Shown here: one piece after another, positions 63,701-64,000 of the stretch
How the letters are laid out: each line of letters begins with the position of its first letter
How positions within the stretch are numbered: the first letter of the stretch is position 1
Notes under the pieces: generated by a model
The model's database searches: none
What the model was told of the DNA's origin: nothing
What the model saw: only the letters and a program-made list of their open reading frames with translations
Source of the DNA: Blastocystis sp. Blastoise
Taxonomy: Eukaryota; Protista; Bigyra: Opalinata
Assembly (NCBI GenBank): GCA_039096225.1
Contig: JBBPEB010000030.1
Coordinates: 62,001 to 126,000, forward strand
Length of the DNA: 64,000 bases
Direction of reading: 5' to 3'
Made by a program: the position numbers and the translations under genes

Positions 63701-64000
63701 CTACAAATAAGAACATCATTAATAGAGTTAATAATTATTTTTTCATTGATGAAAAAAAGAAAAATGATAGTAATTAAGTTAAACATAGTATTGCTTTGTA
63801 ACATAAGTTACTCTATACAATCTACGTCAACAACTACTATCGATTTCACTAATTTCATTTCCATCATTATAAAAATAAAGTATTTTGTTAAAATAAAAAT
63901 GAATAAAAAAGAAAAGAGAGAAATTGTTAAAAATATTAACCATTCATTTTGACAAAGGTTTCTCATCATTTTATCCAATCAATCAAATGCAATGAAGAAT

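Noticed and set aside
63790-64000. Possible further intronic ncRNAs (ATGATGA near 63970; GTAAC/GTTAC hairpin near 63800, minus strand)
   Set aside because: No matching CTGA box or identifiable guide; truncated by the window edge

Overview
Very AT-rich, intron-rich eukaryotic nuclear DNA using the standard genetic code. It is probably a protist; a Blastocystis-like stramenopile is my guess and is not proven. Positions ~14.7-64 kb are gene-dense, with about 19 mostly multi-exon genes that I spliced by hand: SEC23/24-like, DIM1, an amino-acid transporter, a tetraspanin-like protein, GUF1, a GNAT, a LOTUS-domain protein, TMEM147, RPL7A, IST1-like, gamma-CA, cyclophilin B, a GH116-like hydrolase, an MGME1-like nuclease missing from the ORF track, MPDU1, an ArfGAP, a small ORF, an MPLKIP/SICKLE-like protein and the 3' part of BRR2. 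Positions 1-14.5 kb contain no intact gene: three decayed, apparently spliced units are followed by a repeat-rich block. Main highlights: (1) two 68-nt tRNA-like elements (5659-5726, 9766-9833) with a non-canonical linker-less cloverleaf supported by five compensatory base-pair changes, each near the 3' end of a decayed non-coding unit; (2) five U18-family box C/D snoRNAs in one BRR2 intron, where the second guide of the three type-A copies matches the tRNA-Ser D-loop and points at G18, and the type-B first guide is shifted to another LSU adenosine; (3) a single-hairpin AGA-box H/ACA-like RNA in another BRR2 intron; (4) two AT-AC introns and four non-canonical splice sites, the latter either real or RNA-read polishing artefacts. 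Family assignments rest on motifs recognised from memory; no searches were run.
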